27,176 bases of DNA. It comes from a virus (Duplodnaviria > Caudoviricetes). Each line of letters opens with the position of its first letter. Within the stretch, counting starts at the first letter, position 1. The notes beneath the pieces are model-generated. The model was not told where the DNA came from, ran no database searches, and worked only from the letters and a program-made list of their open reading frames with translations. The stretch lies in the IMG/VR virus record IMGVR_UViG_3300025103_000125, positions 1 to 27,176 of that record; one strand, 5' to 3'. The translations under genes were made by a program, and so were the position numbers. This document shows positions 15,601-24,374 of this stretch, one piece after another.

Positions 15601-16406
15601 TTTTAAATATAGGCCAAGAAAGGCTTGTAAAATATTATCCAAACTCAAAAGTTACTGTGACTCAAATGAGGCACGACCCAGACATATATCCGATTCAAAC
15701 AACAAAGGATTTGTTTGGCAATCTAACGAATCACTTGGCTGAGTTAGATCAGGTTGATCGTGCTTTTGTTGGCGCTCACCCATCTAGCGATGCTGCAAAT
15801 CCTATATGGATGGTGTTTAGAATGAGGCAGGATGGAAGTGTTGACGAAGTTGTTGGCTCTGCTTTTGGCCTTAATGATTTGAAAGCATCTTTCGAGGCTG
15901 AACTTACTAACCTTGAGCAACAGTTTTATGGAGTTGAAGAACAGCCAGAAGTATATACTGAGTCTGGGGCCGAAGAAACAAATCTAGGTCAATTGGAGCA
16001 ACAGTTAATAACTGAATTTGGCGAAGAAAATTACAAAAATGCTGTAAAAAGCGTTGGAACTGCAAATGAGCAAGCTCTTATAAGCAAATTGCAAGACCTT
16101 TCGGGAGTAAAAACCGAAACAAAATCATTAGGTGATACGCTTATAGACCTTGTAACAGAGGGCGACGATAATGGCCTTACTTACACACAAAAAAATAGGC
16201 TGTCTCAAGTAAAAAGTAGAACGTTAAATTGGATCAGAACACAGAAAAAATACGACACAGGTTATGGGCCAAAGTCAAATGAGCTTGCTAAAGATTATAT
16301 AACTAGAGTTGACGCTTACAGAAAGCTTCTTGGCTATAAAAGTGTTGATGAAGTTCCTGACTTTATTTTAGATGAAATCCAGAAAATGTTGGATGGGGAA
16401 AAATAA
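12639..16406 (+). CDS. Large internal virion (ejection) protein, gp15-like position, 1255 aa
   Basis: ATG at 12639 in a TAATG overlap (preferred over 12621); long helical low-Cys protein; synteny. Confidence 0.7.
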   Translation: MAIVRQQKRFGIAPIGVTRVPVAGQEIGQAVKESAAKMRARAFEFEKNKAIESGELQAAELGINEILSFDPDTKKPIASQQADHMGEFRKNAFERVLLQRFQTSVSDQISAKANEIAQKVSVEDNAPELFEQTLNAYLEGIGQDASGYYKQVIVDAGASARTRGESQLEVLQIQKMQEETRLAYSRLLNDFYESAYNSGASGDGDFHEFYQTQTAVGTQFEDFKTLGIATNNKSIEEFKAAKTAFLKGRISTILKQPEVAEFSGMIQTYLQVGGSKAIMDILPQKAQHALKQVMLLSDDFTQADFVSLSADLNTEFSAASNVGAVFAEQRRIEQARIAEEQKAFVADLKQQVFDNTQIFEDTSAEAYIKGRNFTPIEVKSIMAQMDTLLDEAAYYQADIGAEAFGKLKTAVIKQKEQLAAGLMSQLLSLPRKPKKGPAKGGVSHTVLNKEQISFLIDGIKDPKVLFSILPKEHANLYFDLMMENPTPFKDFLTGRKKIATTVQQDRKAALSLAMDRLQTSTLQSIKLNTTSLSDAKAIAEKFKETFRSEKLIGTEYQSAWKEISNAITAKQNEDDLEGFKEFASGLVGRAGSGVKFKDVGKALVREGDAVGASIDVLTSQAQKIVDDYADSQLRKTLGGLSQNPSEKVESLQRLESFFLGDVTVELTQEEKLIADAVNKAQLNIKGTPVRFNNKQITSVLSGLASNESADIDSAQKARTKTELEAKIDAKTPFTSEQLKDPRGITNTAAEMLGLNPSDFPDLYTMSSEQISEIKGIGNFLTYSKGNPYFPNMLIVDSARSLLDGQLNDQQAENFAMHLREEFFFLQDGRLKVKPAYLGIDSDLSQEDIAKLKVFSMADLVSASYQGGVGRFINEVLIAQNLTKEQFKGMTNFEDATSLALAASIPSQLIPSITPVIEAAVIANQIGGNNWKKIVKGIYETGFVEDPNAYSIFTGGSEFSALHWTDYLSADDKPKFDRFIAQKLQNINILNIGQERLVKYYPNSKVTVTQMRHDPDIYPIQTTKDLFGNLTNHLAELDQVDRAFVGAHPSSDAANPIWMVFRMRQDGSVDEVVGSAFGLNDLKASFEAELTNLEQQFYGVEEQPEVYTESGAEETNLGQLEQQLITEFGEENYKNAVKSVGTANEQALISKLQDLSGVKTETKSLGDTLIDLVTEGDDNGLTYTQKNRLSQVKSRTLNWIRTQKKYDTGYGPKSNELAKDYITRVDAYRKLLGYKSVDEVPDFILDEIQKMLDGEK

Positions 16407-19400
16407 TGGCAGAACCATATATTCTAACGCCCGTTACTGGTCAGCGAACTTCATTCTTTAACCCTACGCTTACAAATTCTGTTTACAGTAACATTTCTTA
16501 TTGGAAAGACCCTGTTGTTTCAAATGGGCTTTATAATAGATGGGCTGAAAGAGAAGAGTTTGATCGTGTGGTAGAACCTTTCTATAAGCCAATTGAAGAA
16601 GACCTTATGCTTGCTGCCACAAAAGCAGAGTTTGATGTAAAGAAGGAGCTTTATTTAAAAAAGCAAGCAGATAGAGGCGTGACGAGCAAGGCTTCTGTAG
16701 GCCAGACGCTTGCCGCAGGTCTTCTTGACCCTCTTGCTGCTATTCCAGTTTTTAGGTTTGCAAGAGGCGTTACTGCTGCAAAGCAAGCAATAAACCTTGG
16801 AGGCACTGCAGCGGCTATTGCAGCAGGGGAAGAGGCTATTCGGTACTCAAGTATGCCTGATTACGATTGGCGCGAGGGTGCGGCTTATATTGGCGCTTCT
16901 GCGGTATTAGGAAGCGGCCTTGGGTTTGGCATCGCAAAAGGCAAAGGTATGTTCAACGGTGCAATGACTGATGCACACCGCCGAATACAAGATCACTCTT
17001 TAACTATTCTCGAAATGGAAAAATTTGGAGAGCTTCAAGCAAGATTGGCTTCTGGCGCAAAAATGGAAAGGCCGTTTAAAAGCTTTGGCGATCAAGAGCT
17101 AACAGCAGAAGTCCAGAATATGACCCAAAGGATTCACGGAATTGCAAAAACAATTGCAGAAGTGGAGGACGGGGTTCATCCTGTGTTGGGGTCTGAAACA
17201 TTAGATGGCTTAGTTTCCAGTTTAAATAAGACAACTAAAGAAAGAGATATTGTTATTGATGAAATGAACAAGAGGCGGTTAGATGAAGGTCTTACCGTTT
17301 CAGAAGACCCTTATAGTCTTGCTGCAAGTTTTCTTGATAAGCTAGACATTTTACCAACGCCAATAAAAACAATTGCTCGATTTAAGTTGCCTGAGAACGC
17401 TTCACCAGAGCTTAAGCAAGCCATAAATAGATTTAAGAAATCCTCATTGCTTTTAGCAGGTGATAGTTCTTTGCTTTACGCAGGGCAAAAACTAGGCATG
17501 ACTCTGCCGCCAAGTGTTCACATAAAAAACCAACTTAGAAGAGCAGACGTTATTCAGTTTGAGTCAGAGCTTACTCGAATCTGGAAGGAGGCAACTGACG
17601 CTCCACGCATTGCGCCAAATCTTGTTCGCAAGGCAACGCGCTCAAGTGTAAGTTTAGACAAGTGGGCTGAAAGAGCGCTTATAAAACATATTACTGGCGA
17701 AAACTTGACGGCTAAAGAGAAAGAAGCCGCAGAGTTGTTTCAAAAATACTTTGACCGAATGAGAAATGAGGCAACAGGGGCAGGTGTAATTGGCTCAAGT
17801 AATTTTTTACAATCAAGAATAATCCAAAAACAAAGCAAAATAGATCATGCCGAGGATAGGCTGCAAAGAGCAAAAGAAAACGGATATAAAGACGCAGAAG
17901 AATATTGGAGCGCCCAAATAATAAGAAATAGGGAAGACCTAGCAGAGCTTGAAAACAGTTTAGCATATGTAACAAGCGGCGACATTCGGCCTATGGGCAA
18001 AAAAGAACCCTACTTTATGCGTATGTGGGATCACAGAGCTATAGAATTAGATGAAAAAGGCTCTCAGACATTCAGAACAATACTTACAAACTGGATCAGG
18101 CAAAATCCGTTTGGAGTAAAGTACAATAATAAGACTGGTCTGCATGAAAAAGCAGATTTAACAGGTGATTTGGAGGCTCAAGATAAATACGTTGATTCAG
18201 TTATTCGCTCTATACTTAGCGATGACGTTCCTTCTGACATTCCGACATCTAAAAGCATTAAGTTCCCAAGCAGAGCTATTGCCATCCCAAACTCTGAGGT
18301 TGTTGACTTTATAAATACAAATGTCCGTGAGGTAATTCGGACATATAACACCAGAATGGGAAGCAAAATTGACTTTGCGAATATGTTTAAGCAAAATTAC
18401 GACGAGCTAGCAGACGAGCTTACTGGTGATTTGCTTTCTAATGGCATGAAGTTAGAGGATGTTAATGAGTTAAGGCAAAACCTTACAATTCTTTATAGGC
18501 GTGTAACGGCATCCACGCTTGATAATCCAACAAGCCTGTCTGCAAAAGCTGTGCAGTTCTTAAAAGAGTATGCTTCTTTGAATTATCTTGGCGGTGCAGG
18601 GATTACTGCAATTGGCGATATTCCAAAGATGGTTATGGAGCATGGCTTTAAAGATATATTCAGAGCATCGCTTGGTGCAATGGAAAGCGCTTCTGTTCAG
18701 CGTCAATTTCACGAAATAAAAGGAATCTATGGCGAGGCTGTAGAGCTTTCTTTAGGCATTGTTCAGCAAAGGGTTCTAGAAGAGACTGGTGTTAAGGTCG
18801 GTTCTGATATTTGGAACTCAGTAAAGAATATAGGCTTTATTGCAAACGGACTTGGCCCTATGACTGTTGGCCTAAAAACTATATCGGGAACTTTGTCCGT
18901 TCATAAGTTTATACAGATAGCCAAAAATGTAGAAGCAGGTAAAACGTCTAACTTTGAGCTAGAATTTGCTGCAAGGTATGGTCTTGACCCAAAGCATTTA
19001 AAAGCAATTGCAAAAGCGCCAACAGAAATGACAGACCGAGGCTTAAACGTTGGCAATATATCTGAGTGGGCAAACTCTGGCGTTCCAACAGAAACAATTG
19101 TGGCATTTAGGGCCGCTGTGTCTCAAAACATAGCAAATACAATTCTTACTTCTTCACCTGCTACTAGGTTTAAATATGCAGATGGCTCTGTGTTTCTTAA
19201 GATCAAAAATGCGCGTAAAATTATGCCAAATATACAAGAAGACCCAAGTTTTCCGGGCTATGCTCGGTGGGAAATGCCAATCGCTACACTTCCGTTTCAA
19301 TTTTACAACTTCTCAATGTCAGCAATGGCTAACATCTTGCAAACATCAGCCCAAGGCCAACTAAAGTCTAAGTATGCAGGTTTTGCGACTATGATTGGCA

Positions 19401-19819
19401 TGGGTTATTTAATCGCAAAGATCAAAACTCCATCTTGGGCATGGGAAGAGATGGATTATGACCAAAGATTTATGGCGGCAATCGAAAGAAGTGGTATATC
19501 TTCTGTTTATGGAGATGTTGCATTTAATTCTATCAGGGTTGGGGTTCAGCTTGGACTTAATGATCCAGATAATGACGCTGTTAGATTACCTTATTATGGT
19601 GAAGACGGATTTGCCGAAGGCATGATGACAATCATGGGCGCAGGGCCGTCTACCATAAAGGACTTTGTTGACGCAGGTGCTAAAATCGGTCAGCAAGAGT
19701 ATGCTGATGCCGCAAGGGAATTTTACTTTAGCTTACCATTGACTCAAGTGTTCTGGGCTAAGGAAGATTCCAAAGCGTTTATTGATTATGCAACTAAGTC
19801 TGCATTTGGGCGTCAGTAA
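16406..19819 (+). CDS. Large internal virion (ejection) protein, gp16-like, 1137 aa
   Basis: LLDPL plus Gly/Ala hydrophobic segments near the N-terminus; PFQFYNF and membrane-like C-terminal region; TAATG coupling. Confidence 0.75.
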   Translation: MAEPYILTPVTGQRTSFFNPTLTNSVYSNISYWKDPVVSNGLYNRWAEREEFDRVVEPFYKPIEEDLMLAATKAEFDVKKELYLKKQADRGVTSKASVGQTLAAGLLDPLAAIPVFRFARGVTAAKQAINLGGTAAAIAAGEEAIRYSSMPDYDWREGAAYIGASAVLGSGLGFGIAKGKGMFNGAMTDAHRRIQDHSLTILEMEKFGELQARLASGAKMERPFKSFGDQELTAEVQNMTQRIHGIAKTIAEVEDGVHPVLGSETLDGLVSSLNKTTKERDIVIDEMNKRRLDEGLTVSEDPYSLAASFLDKLDILPTPIKTIARFKLPENASPELKQAINRFKKSSLLLAGDSSLLYAGQKLGMTLPPSVHIKNQLRRADVIQFESELTRIWKEATDAPRIAPNLVRKATRSSVSLDKWAERALIKHITGENLTAKEKEAAELFQKYFDRMRNEATGAGVIGSSNFLQSRIIQKQSKIDHAEDRLQRAKENGYKDAEEYWSAQIIRNREDLAELENSLAYVTSGDIRPMGKKEPYFMRMWDHRAIELDEKGSQTFRTILTNWIRQNPFGVKYNNKTGLHEKADLTGDLEAQDKYVDSVIRSILSDDVPSDIPTSKSIKFPSRAIAIPNSEVVDFINTNVREVIRTYNTRMGSKIDFANMFKQNYDELADELTGDLLSNGMKLEDVNELRQNLTILYRRVTASTLDNPTSLSAKAVQFLKEYASLNYLGGAGITAIGDIPKMVMEHGFKDIFRASLGAMESASVQRQFHEIKGIYGEAVELSLGIVQQRVLEETGVKVGSDIWNSVKNIGFIANGLGPMTVGLKTISGTLSVHKFIQIAKNVEAGKTSNFELEFAARYGLDPKHLKAIAKAPTEMTDRGLNVGNISEWANSGVPTETIVAFRAAVSQNIANTILTSSPATRFKYADGSVFLKIKNARKIMPNIQEDPSFPGYARWEMPIATLPFQFYNFSMSAMANILQTSAQGQLKSKYAGFATMIGMGYLIAKIKTPSWAWEEMDYDQRFMAAIERSGISSVYGDVAFNSIRVGVQLGLNDPDNDAVRLPYYGEDGFAEGMMTIMGAGPSTIKDFVDAGAKIGQQEYADAAREFYFSLPLTQVFWAKEDSKAFIDYATKSAFGRQ

Positions 19820-19860
19820 TTTGTGCGTTGATCTTTCTTTGTTTTTATTGAACAAGGAAT
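19818..19860 (+). promoter_or_regulatory. Putative late promoter, copy 4 of ARTTTGTGCRTTG
   Basis: AATTTGTGCGTTG at 19818-19830 at the stop of the upstream gene, followed by a T-rich spacer; -10 not clear. Confidence 0.55.
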
Positions 19861-19877
19861 TAATATAGGAGATAAAT

Positions 19878-20249
19878 ATGGCAACTTTAGCAAACCGAGT
19901 ATACGACAACGGCTTGACCGTTTTAGATACAGAAGCAAATCGCGTTGATATTTGCAGTTCAGAGCCGTCAACTTACACTGCGGCAACGTCTACAAACACG
20001 CTTGGAAACACAACTAGCATTAGCATTTCTGCTCCTACTGATGGTGATACATCAGGACGTAAGGTCACGCTTAGTGCAATTTCTGGCGCGTCTGTAACAG
20101 CAACAGGTACAGCAACACACTATGCGATTACTGACACAAGCAATACACGCTTGCTTGTAACAGGTTCTTTATCATCTTCTCAGGCAGTTACATCTGGAAA
20201 TACATTTAGCTTAACAGCAGTTGATGTTGAGATTCCTGATCCGGCATAA
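19878..20249 (+). CDS. Virion structural protein (Ser/Thr-rich beta protein heading the fibre module)
   Basis: AGGAG RBS; ATGTATHYAI...GNTFSL pattern seen in phage fibre-associated proteins. Confidence 0.65.
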   Translation: MATLANRVYDNGLTVLDTEANRVDICSSEPSTYTAATSTNTLGNTTSISISAPTDGDTSGRKVTLSAISGASVTATGTATHYAITDTSNTRLLVTGSLSSSQAVTSGNTFSLTAVDVEIPDPA

Positions 20250-20259
20250 GGGCTAAACA

Positions 20260-23200
20260 ATGGCTGTTCTTAAAAACAGAGCAAAAATGTCAACGTCCAG
20301 TACTGGTACTGGAACCATTACTCTGGGTAGCGCTGAGACTGGATACCAATCTTTTGCTGATGCAGGAGTGGCTAATTCTGATGTGGTTCGCTATGTCATT
20401 GAGGATAGCAATAATTGGGAAATAGGAACAGGAACTTACACATCTAGTGGGACAACGCTCTCTCGTACTGTAAGTGAAAGTAGCAACTCTGGTTCTGCTT
20501 TAAACTTAAGTGGCTCTGCAACTGTATTTATTACTGCTGCCGCAGAAGACTTACCTAACCTTTATGCTGACAATCCTGTTTCTGCTGTTGCTCCTACAGC
20601 AAGTGGGAATAATGCGGTAGCAATAGGCGAAGAATCTACAGCGAGTGGAACAGATTCTATTTCGCTTGGCTCTGATAGTGACGCAACTCAAACTGAGTCA
20701 TCCGCTTTAGGTAAGTTTGCTCAAGCCACAGGAAGCGGCTCAGTTGCCCTTGGTGCTAGGTCAGTCGCAAGTGGCTCAAATTCAGTTGCTCTTGGTGGAT
20801 ACACAGATGCGACTAGCACTAACTCAATAGCGATTGGTTATCCTGCTCAAGCTGTTACTGGTAGTGGGGCTACTGCGATTGGTAATTCTTACGCTTCTGG
20901 TGCTGATAGTTTCGCAGCAGTAATTACTAATAACACAAGTAGTTACGGCGCTACTGGGCAGGGCGCAACCGTAATTGGCAATACATCAAAAGGGACAGGT
21001 GAAAGAACTGTAAGTATTGGGCAAGGTAATATTGCATCTGGTGCAAATGCTACTGCGATAGGATACTTAAATACATCTGGAACTACGTCATACAGCACTG
21101 CAATTGGTTATAATAATACCGCGAGTGCTGCTTGGGCGATGGCTCTTGGCAACGATAGCACGGCAAGTCATTCTAAAAGTGTAAGTATAGGGGACAGCGT
21201 TACGAGTACAGCCGCTAATCAAGTTAACATTGGTGGAAGCACTCAAGCTGTACGCATCTCAGAAAGTTATACCCTACCAACTGCTGACGGAAGCGCCAAT
21301 CAGGTGCTTCAGACAGACGGCAGTGGAGCCTTATCCTTTGCTACTGCAAGCGGTGGCGGTGGTGCAGACTTATATGCTGCCAACGAAAGTAGTCCATCAG
21401 CCCAACCCTCAGCCACGGGTGCAAATGCCGTGGCGCTGGGAGATAGCGCTGTATCAAGGGATACAAGTACCCTCGCAGGGCCACATAGTAGAGCGGATGG
21501 TGATTATTCGGTTGCTCTGGGAATTGCTAACAATAGTAGTTCTTATGGCGCTGGTGGAGACAACTCAATTTCCATAGGCTATCAATCAAGAGCCATGGCA
21601 CTTCAGTCGGCCACACTTGGGGCAGGCGCTTACGTCGATAGCGATAGTGGGCGTGGGCTTTCGTTAGGCGAAAATGCCTATGTCGAACAGATGGATTATG
21701 GTTCTGCAATTGGTGCAAACGCAAGAGTTCATGGGTCTAACTCCGCGACACATGCTGTGGCATTGGGAACTTCTAGGGCGGCTGGAAGTCATAGTTTTGC
21801 AGCAGCCACAACAAGTAACTCCAGTTCCTACGGCGCTACTGGCTCAAATAGTGTATCGATTGGACGGCGAAGCAAGGCAACTGGATCGACCAGTTTCGCC
21901 TTTGGCGGTTGGATAAATAGCACTGGTTCATATTCAGTCGGCATTGGCGACAGTAGTACCGCAAGTGGAAACTATTCATACGCGATTGGAAGCAGCAATA
22001 CAGCATCACACACTGCGTCTGTTGTAATTGGTAAGGGCGCTTCATCCTCTGCTTCAGATCAAATTACTTTAGGGCATACAAATCAAAGTGTACGAGTATC
22101 ATCTTCCTACACCCTGCCTTCGGCTGACGGTACAAGCGGCCAAGTTTTAACTACAGCGGGAGATGGAACTACAAGTTGGTCTACTGCTTCAGGCGGTGGT
22201 GGCGGCGACCCAGACCTCTACCGTGATAATCCAGTGTCCGCTACGACACCTACGGCGAGTGGTAATAATGCAGTCGCAATAGGCACAAACGCGCAGGCAA
22301 CAAGTACAAATGCCGTAGCCATAACAAGAAACGCCCTAGCCAGTGGAAATTCATCATTCGCAGCGGGAAATAATGCGGCGGCAACTGGCACAAATGCTGT
22401 GGCACTTGGCTCCAGTACGGATGCGGCAGAACGCGCAGTGGCTATTGGTAGCGGCTCTCAGGCAGTCCAGCAAAATACAACCGCAATTGGTACTAACTCA
22501 TCTTCTCAAGCCCCAGTTGCAGGTAAGTTCGGTGGCGGCGCAGGTGCCGTAGCCCTTGGTGGTTCGTACAGCGGGGGAACTGACAGTTTTGCGGCAGCCA
22601 TTGCTAACAACACTAGCAGCTATGGAGCGAGTGGTGACTACAGCGTGGCTGTTGGTAGGCAAGCAAAGGCTACTGGCGGCAGCGCAGTAGCTTTAAATTA
22701 CCAAGCAATCGCAAGCGGTTACGGCTCAGTAAGCACAGGGCAGAACAGCAACGCATCAGCCTCTTACTCCACTGTAATCGGTGGTCGTTATGGTGAGGCT
22801 AATGAGAAATCAAAGGTTACGTTTGGCGGTGGTAACTGGTTAAACGATGGTGGCGCGGTAAACCTTGCGCACCAAACTGGCTTATTTAATCTCGCAGGGT
22901 TCACAACCGATGGCACTGCTAAGACGCTAACAACTTATGACAGCACAGCTTCTAGTGATAACCAAGTAGTCCTGCCAAACAACTCTGCTTATGCCTTCAG
23001 CGGTACTATTGTTGCCCGTGAAAAAGCATCCGAGGGTACTGATTGTGCCGCTTGGGAAATCAAAGGACTTATCAGACGTGAAGGCAGCGCAGGGACAACA
23101 GTCCTAGTCAACAGCGCAACAACTGTCCTAGACAACACACCCAACTGGGGCATGGCACTAAGTGCCGACACTACAAACGGCTGCTTAAAAGTTGCAGTAA

Positions 23201-23268
23201 CTGGCGCAGCATCCACAAATATTCGTTGGGCTGGAACCATCACAACCTCAGAATTAACATACGCCTAA
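20260..23268 (+). CDS. Fibre/receptor-binding protein with YadA-like head (Hep/Hag) repeats
   Basis: Dozens of roughly 14-aa A.G..(S/A).A(I/L)G repeats in three modules joined by YTLP.ADG...QVL.T.G.G necks; N-terminal TGTGTITLG...WEIGTGTY anchor. Confidence 0.88.
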   Translation: MAVLKNRAKMSTSSTGTGTITLGSAETGYQSFADAGVANSDVVRYVIEDSNNWEIGTGTYTSSGTTLSRTVSESSNSGSALNLSGSATVFITAAAEDLPNLYADNPVSAVAPTASGNNAVAIGEESTASGTDSISLGSDSDATQTESSALGKFAQATGSGSVALGARSVASGSNSVALGGYTDATSTNSIAIGYPAQAVTGSGATAIGNSYASGADSFAAVITNNTSSYGATGQGATVIGNTSKGTGERTVSIGQGNIASGANATAIGYLNTSGTTSYSTAIGYNNTASAAWAMALGNDSTASHSKSVSIGDSVTSTAANQVNIGGSTQAVRISESYTLPTADGSANQVLQTDGSGALSFATASGGGGADLYAANESSPSAQPSATGANAVALGDSAVSRDTSTLAGPHSRADGDYSVALGIANNSSSYGAGGDNSISIGYQSRAMALQSATLGAGAYVDSDSGRGLSLGENAYVEQMDYGSAIGANARVHGSNSATHAVALGTSRAAGSHSFAAATTSNSSSYGATGSNSVSIGRRSKATGSTSFAFGGWINSTGSYSVGIGDSSTASGNYSYAIGSSNTASHTASVVIGKGASSSASDQITLGHTNQSVRVSSSYTLPSADGTSGQVLTTAGDGTTSWSTASGGGGGDPDLYRDNPVSATTPTASGNNAVAIGTNAQATSTNAVAITRNALASGNSSFAAGNNAAATGTNAVALGSSTDAAERAVAIGSGSQAVQQNTTAIGTNSSSQAPVAGKFGGGAGAVALGGSYSGGTDSFAAAIANNTSSYGASGDYSVAVGRQAKATGGSAVALNYQAIASGYGSVSTGQNSNASASYSTVIGGRYGEANEKSKVTFGGGNWLNDGGAVNLAHQTGLFNLAGFTTDGTAKTLTTYDSTASSDNQVVLPNNSAYAFSGTIVAREKASEGTDCAAWEIKGLIRREGSAGTTVLVNSATTVLDNTPNWGMALSADTTNGCLKVAVTGAASTNIRWAGTITTSELTYA

Positions 23269-23280
23269 AGGAGTTAACCA

Positions 23281-23589
23281 ATGGCTATTCAACACAATAT
23301 CACGGCTGAAAACAGTCAATACGGCATCGCCTTTAATGGCGCATACTACCGAATTGTAACAGCAAGCATCTCTCGTCAACGTGGGACTGATCCTAAGTTC
23401 TCAGTGATGATTGACCTGAGCGGATACGCGACAGGTTCAAACCTGACGGACGATACCAGAGAGGTCGATTTTAAAAGGATGAACGCAAACCTAGAGGACA
23501 TCAATGCAGCATCAGGCGATGCCTTCTTGGACAAGTGTTATTCTTGGGTCATGGATCAAGATGAAATGAACGGATCAACGGCGGTGTAA
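23281..23589 (+). CDS. Fibre-associated hypothetical protein (possible chaperone)
   Basis: AAGGAG RBS; directly follows the fibre gene. Confidence 0.65.
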   Translation: MAIQHNITAENSQYGIAFNGAYYRIVTASISRQRGTDPKFSVMIDLSGYATGSNLTDDTREVDFKRMNANLEDINAASGDAFLDKCYSWVMDQDEMNGSTAV

Positions 23590-23592
23590 ACT

Positions 23593-24156
23593 ATGTCTTT
23601 AACGATCAATCATCAGACAAATGATATCAGTGCTACCAGTGGTTCTGTCACGATTGACGGCGCTGCGGCTGGGGGTGGCGGTGGTGCGCTGGAGTTTGTT
23701 AGTAAGACAACGGTTAGTTCCTCTGTTTCACAGGTGGATTTTACTAGCCTTGATGATGACGCAGTTTATAGAATAATTGGTAAGTACGTTGTCTTTTCAG
23801 AAAGCACTTTTCCTAAGATTGACTTAATGAACGCAAGTAATGTTGTTCAAACAGGCTGTTGTGCTTATCGGAGAGACGGTACATCAACGTTAACTATAAC
23901 GTCAGGTCAAGATTTTATAAACTGTTACGTTACCGACACTGACCGACATGGGTTTATCCTAGATGTATCTACAAAAGCCAATGGGAACTGGGTCTTTTAC
24001 CGTGGTCATGCCCCCAAAAGTGATGGAGCTACAGTTATTCACGGCTCCTACGATTCAAACAACACAAGCACTAGAATTGGCGGGGTAAGGTGGAGACCTA
24101 ACGGTGGGACAATTAGTTCAGGTCAATTTCTTCTTTATAAATATAAGGAAAGCTAA
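23593..24156 (+). CDS. Short fibre-tip-like beta protein
   Basis: Poly-Gly hinge, then LEFVSKTTVSSSVSQVDF...ISSGQFLLYK pattern typical of marine phage fibre C-terminal domains. Confidence 0.65.
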   Translation: MSLTINHQTNDISATSGSVTIDGAAAGGGGGALEFVSKTTVSSSVSQVDFTSLDDDAVYRIIGKYVVFSESTFPKIDLMNASNVVQTGCCAYRRDGTSTLTITSGQDFINCYVTDTDRHGFILDVSTKANGNWVFYRGHAPKSDGATVIHGSYDSNNTSTRIGGVRWRPNGGTISSGQFLLYKYKES

Positions 24157-24365
24157 TGGACAAAATGGTAAATGGCTCATTAGTTAAAATGACTGATGAA
24201 GAAGTTGCAGAGTTTAATGCAAGACAAGATCAAAACGACTGGTTGCACAATCGAGTGGTCTCTTATCCACCTATTTCAGAGCAGCTAGACAAAATATATC
24301 ACGAAGGCTTGGATGCTTGGAAGTCTGATATCAAGGCTATCAAAGACGCCTATCCAAAGTCGTAG
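24156..24365 (+). CDS. Small tail-fibre assembly/chaperone-like protein
   Basis: YPPISEQLDKIYH...WK..I.AIK..YPK motif; TAATG coupling. Confidence 0.7.
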   Translation: MDKMVNGSLVKMTDEEVAEFNARQDQNDWLHNRVVSYPPISEQLDKIYHEGLDAWKSDIKAIKDAYPKS

Positions 24366-24374
24366 GAGTAATAC

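Noticed and set aside
23266-23287. TAAAGGAGTTAA shared with the upstream region of the minus-strand gene at 568
   Set aside because: Adequately explained as convergent strong ribosome-binding sites.
20260-24156. BPP-1-style diversity-generating retroelement
   Set aside because: No reverse transcriptase and no near-identical TR/VR pair differing at adenines seen in the window.
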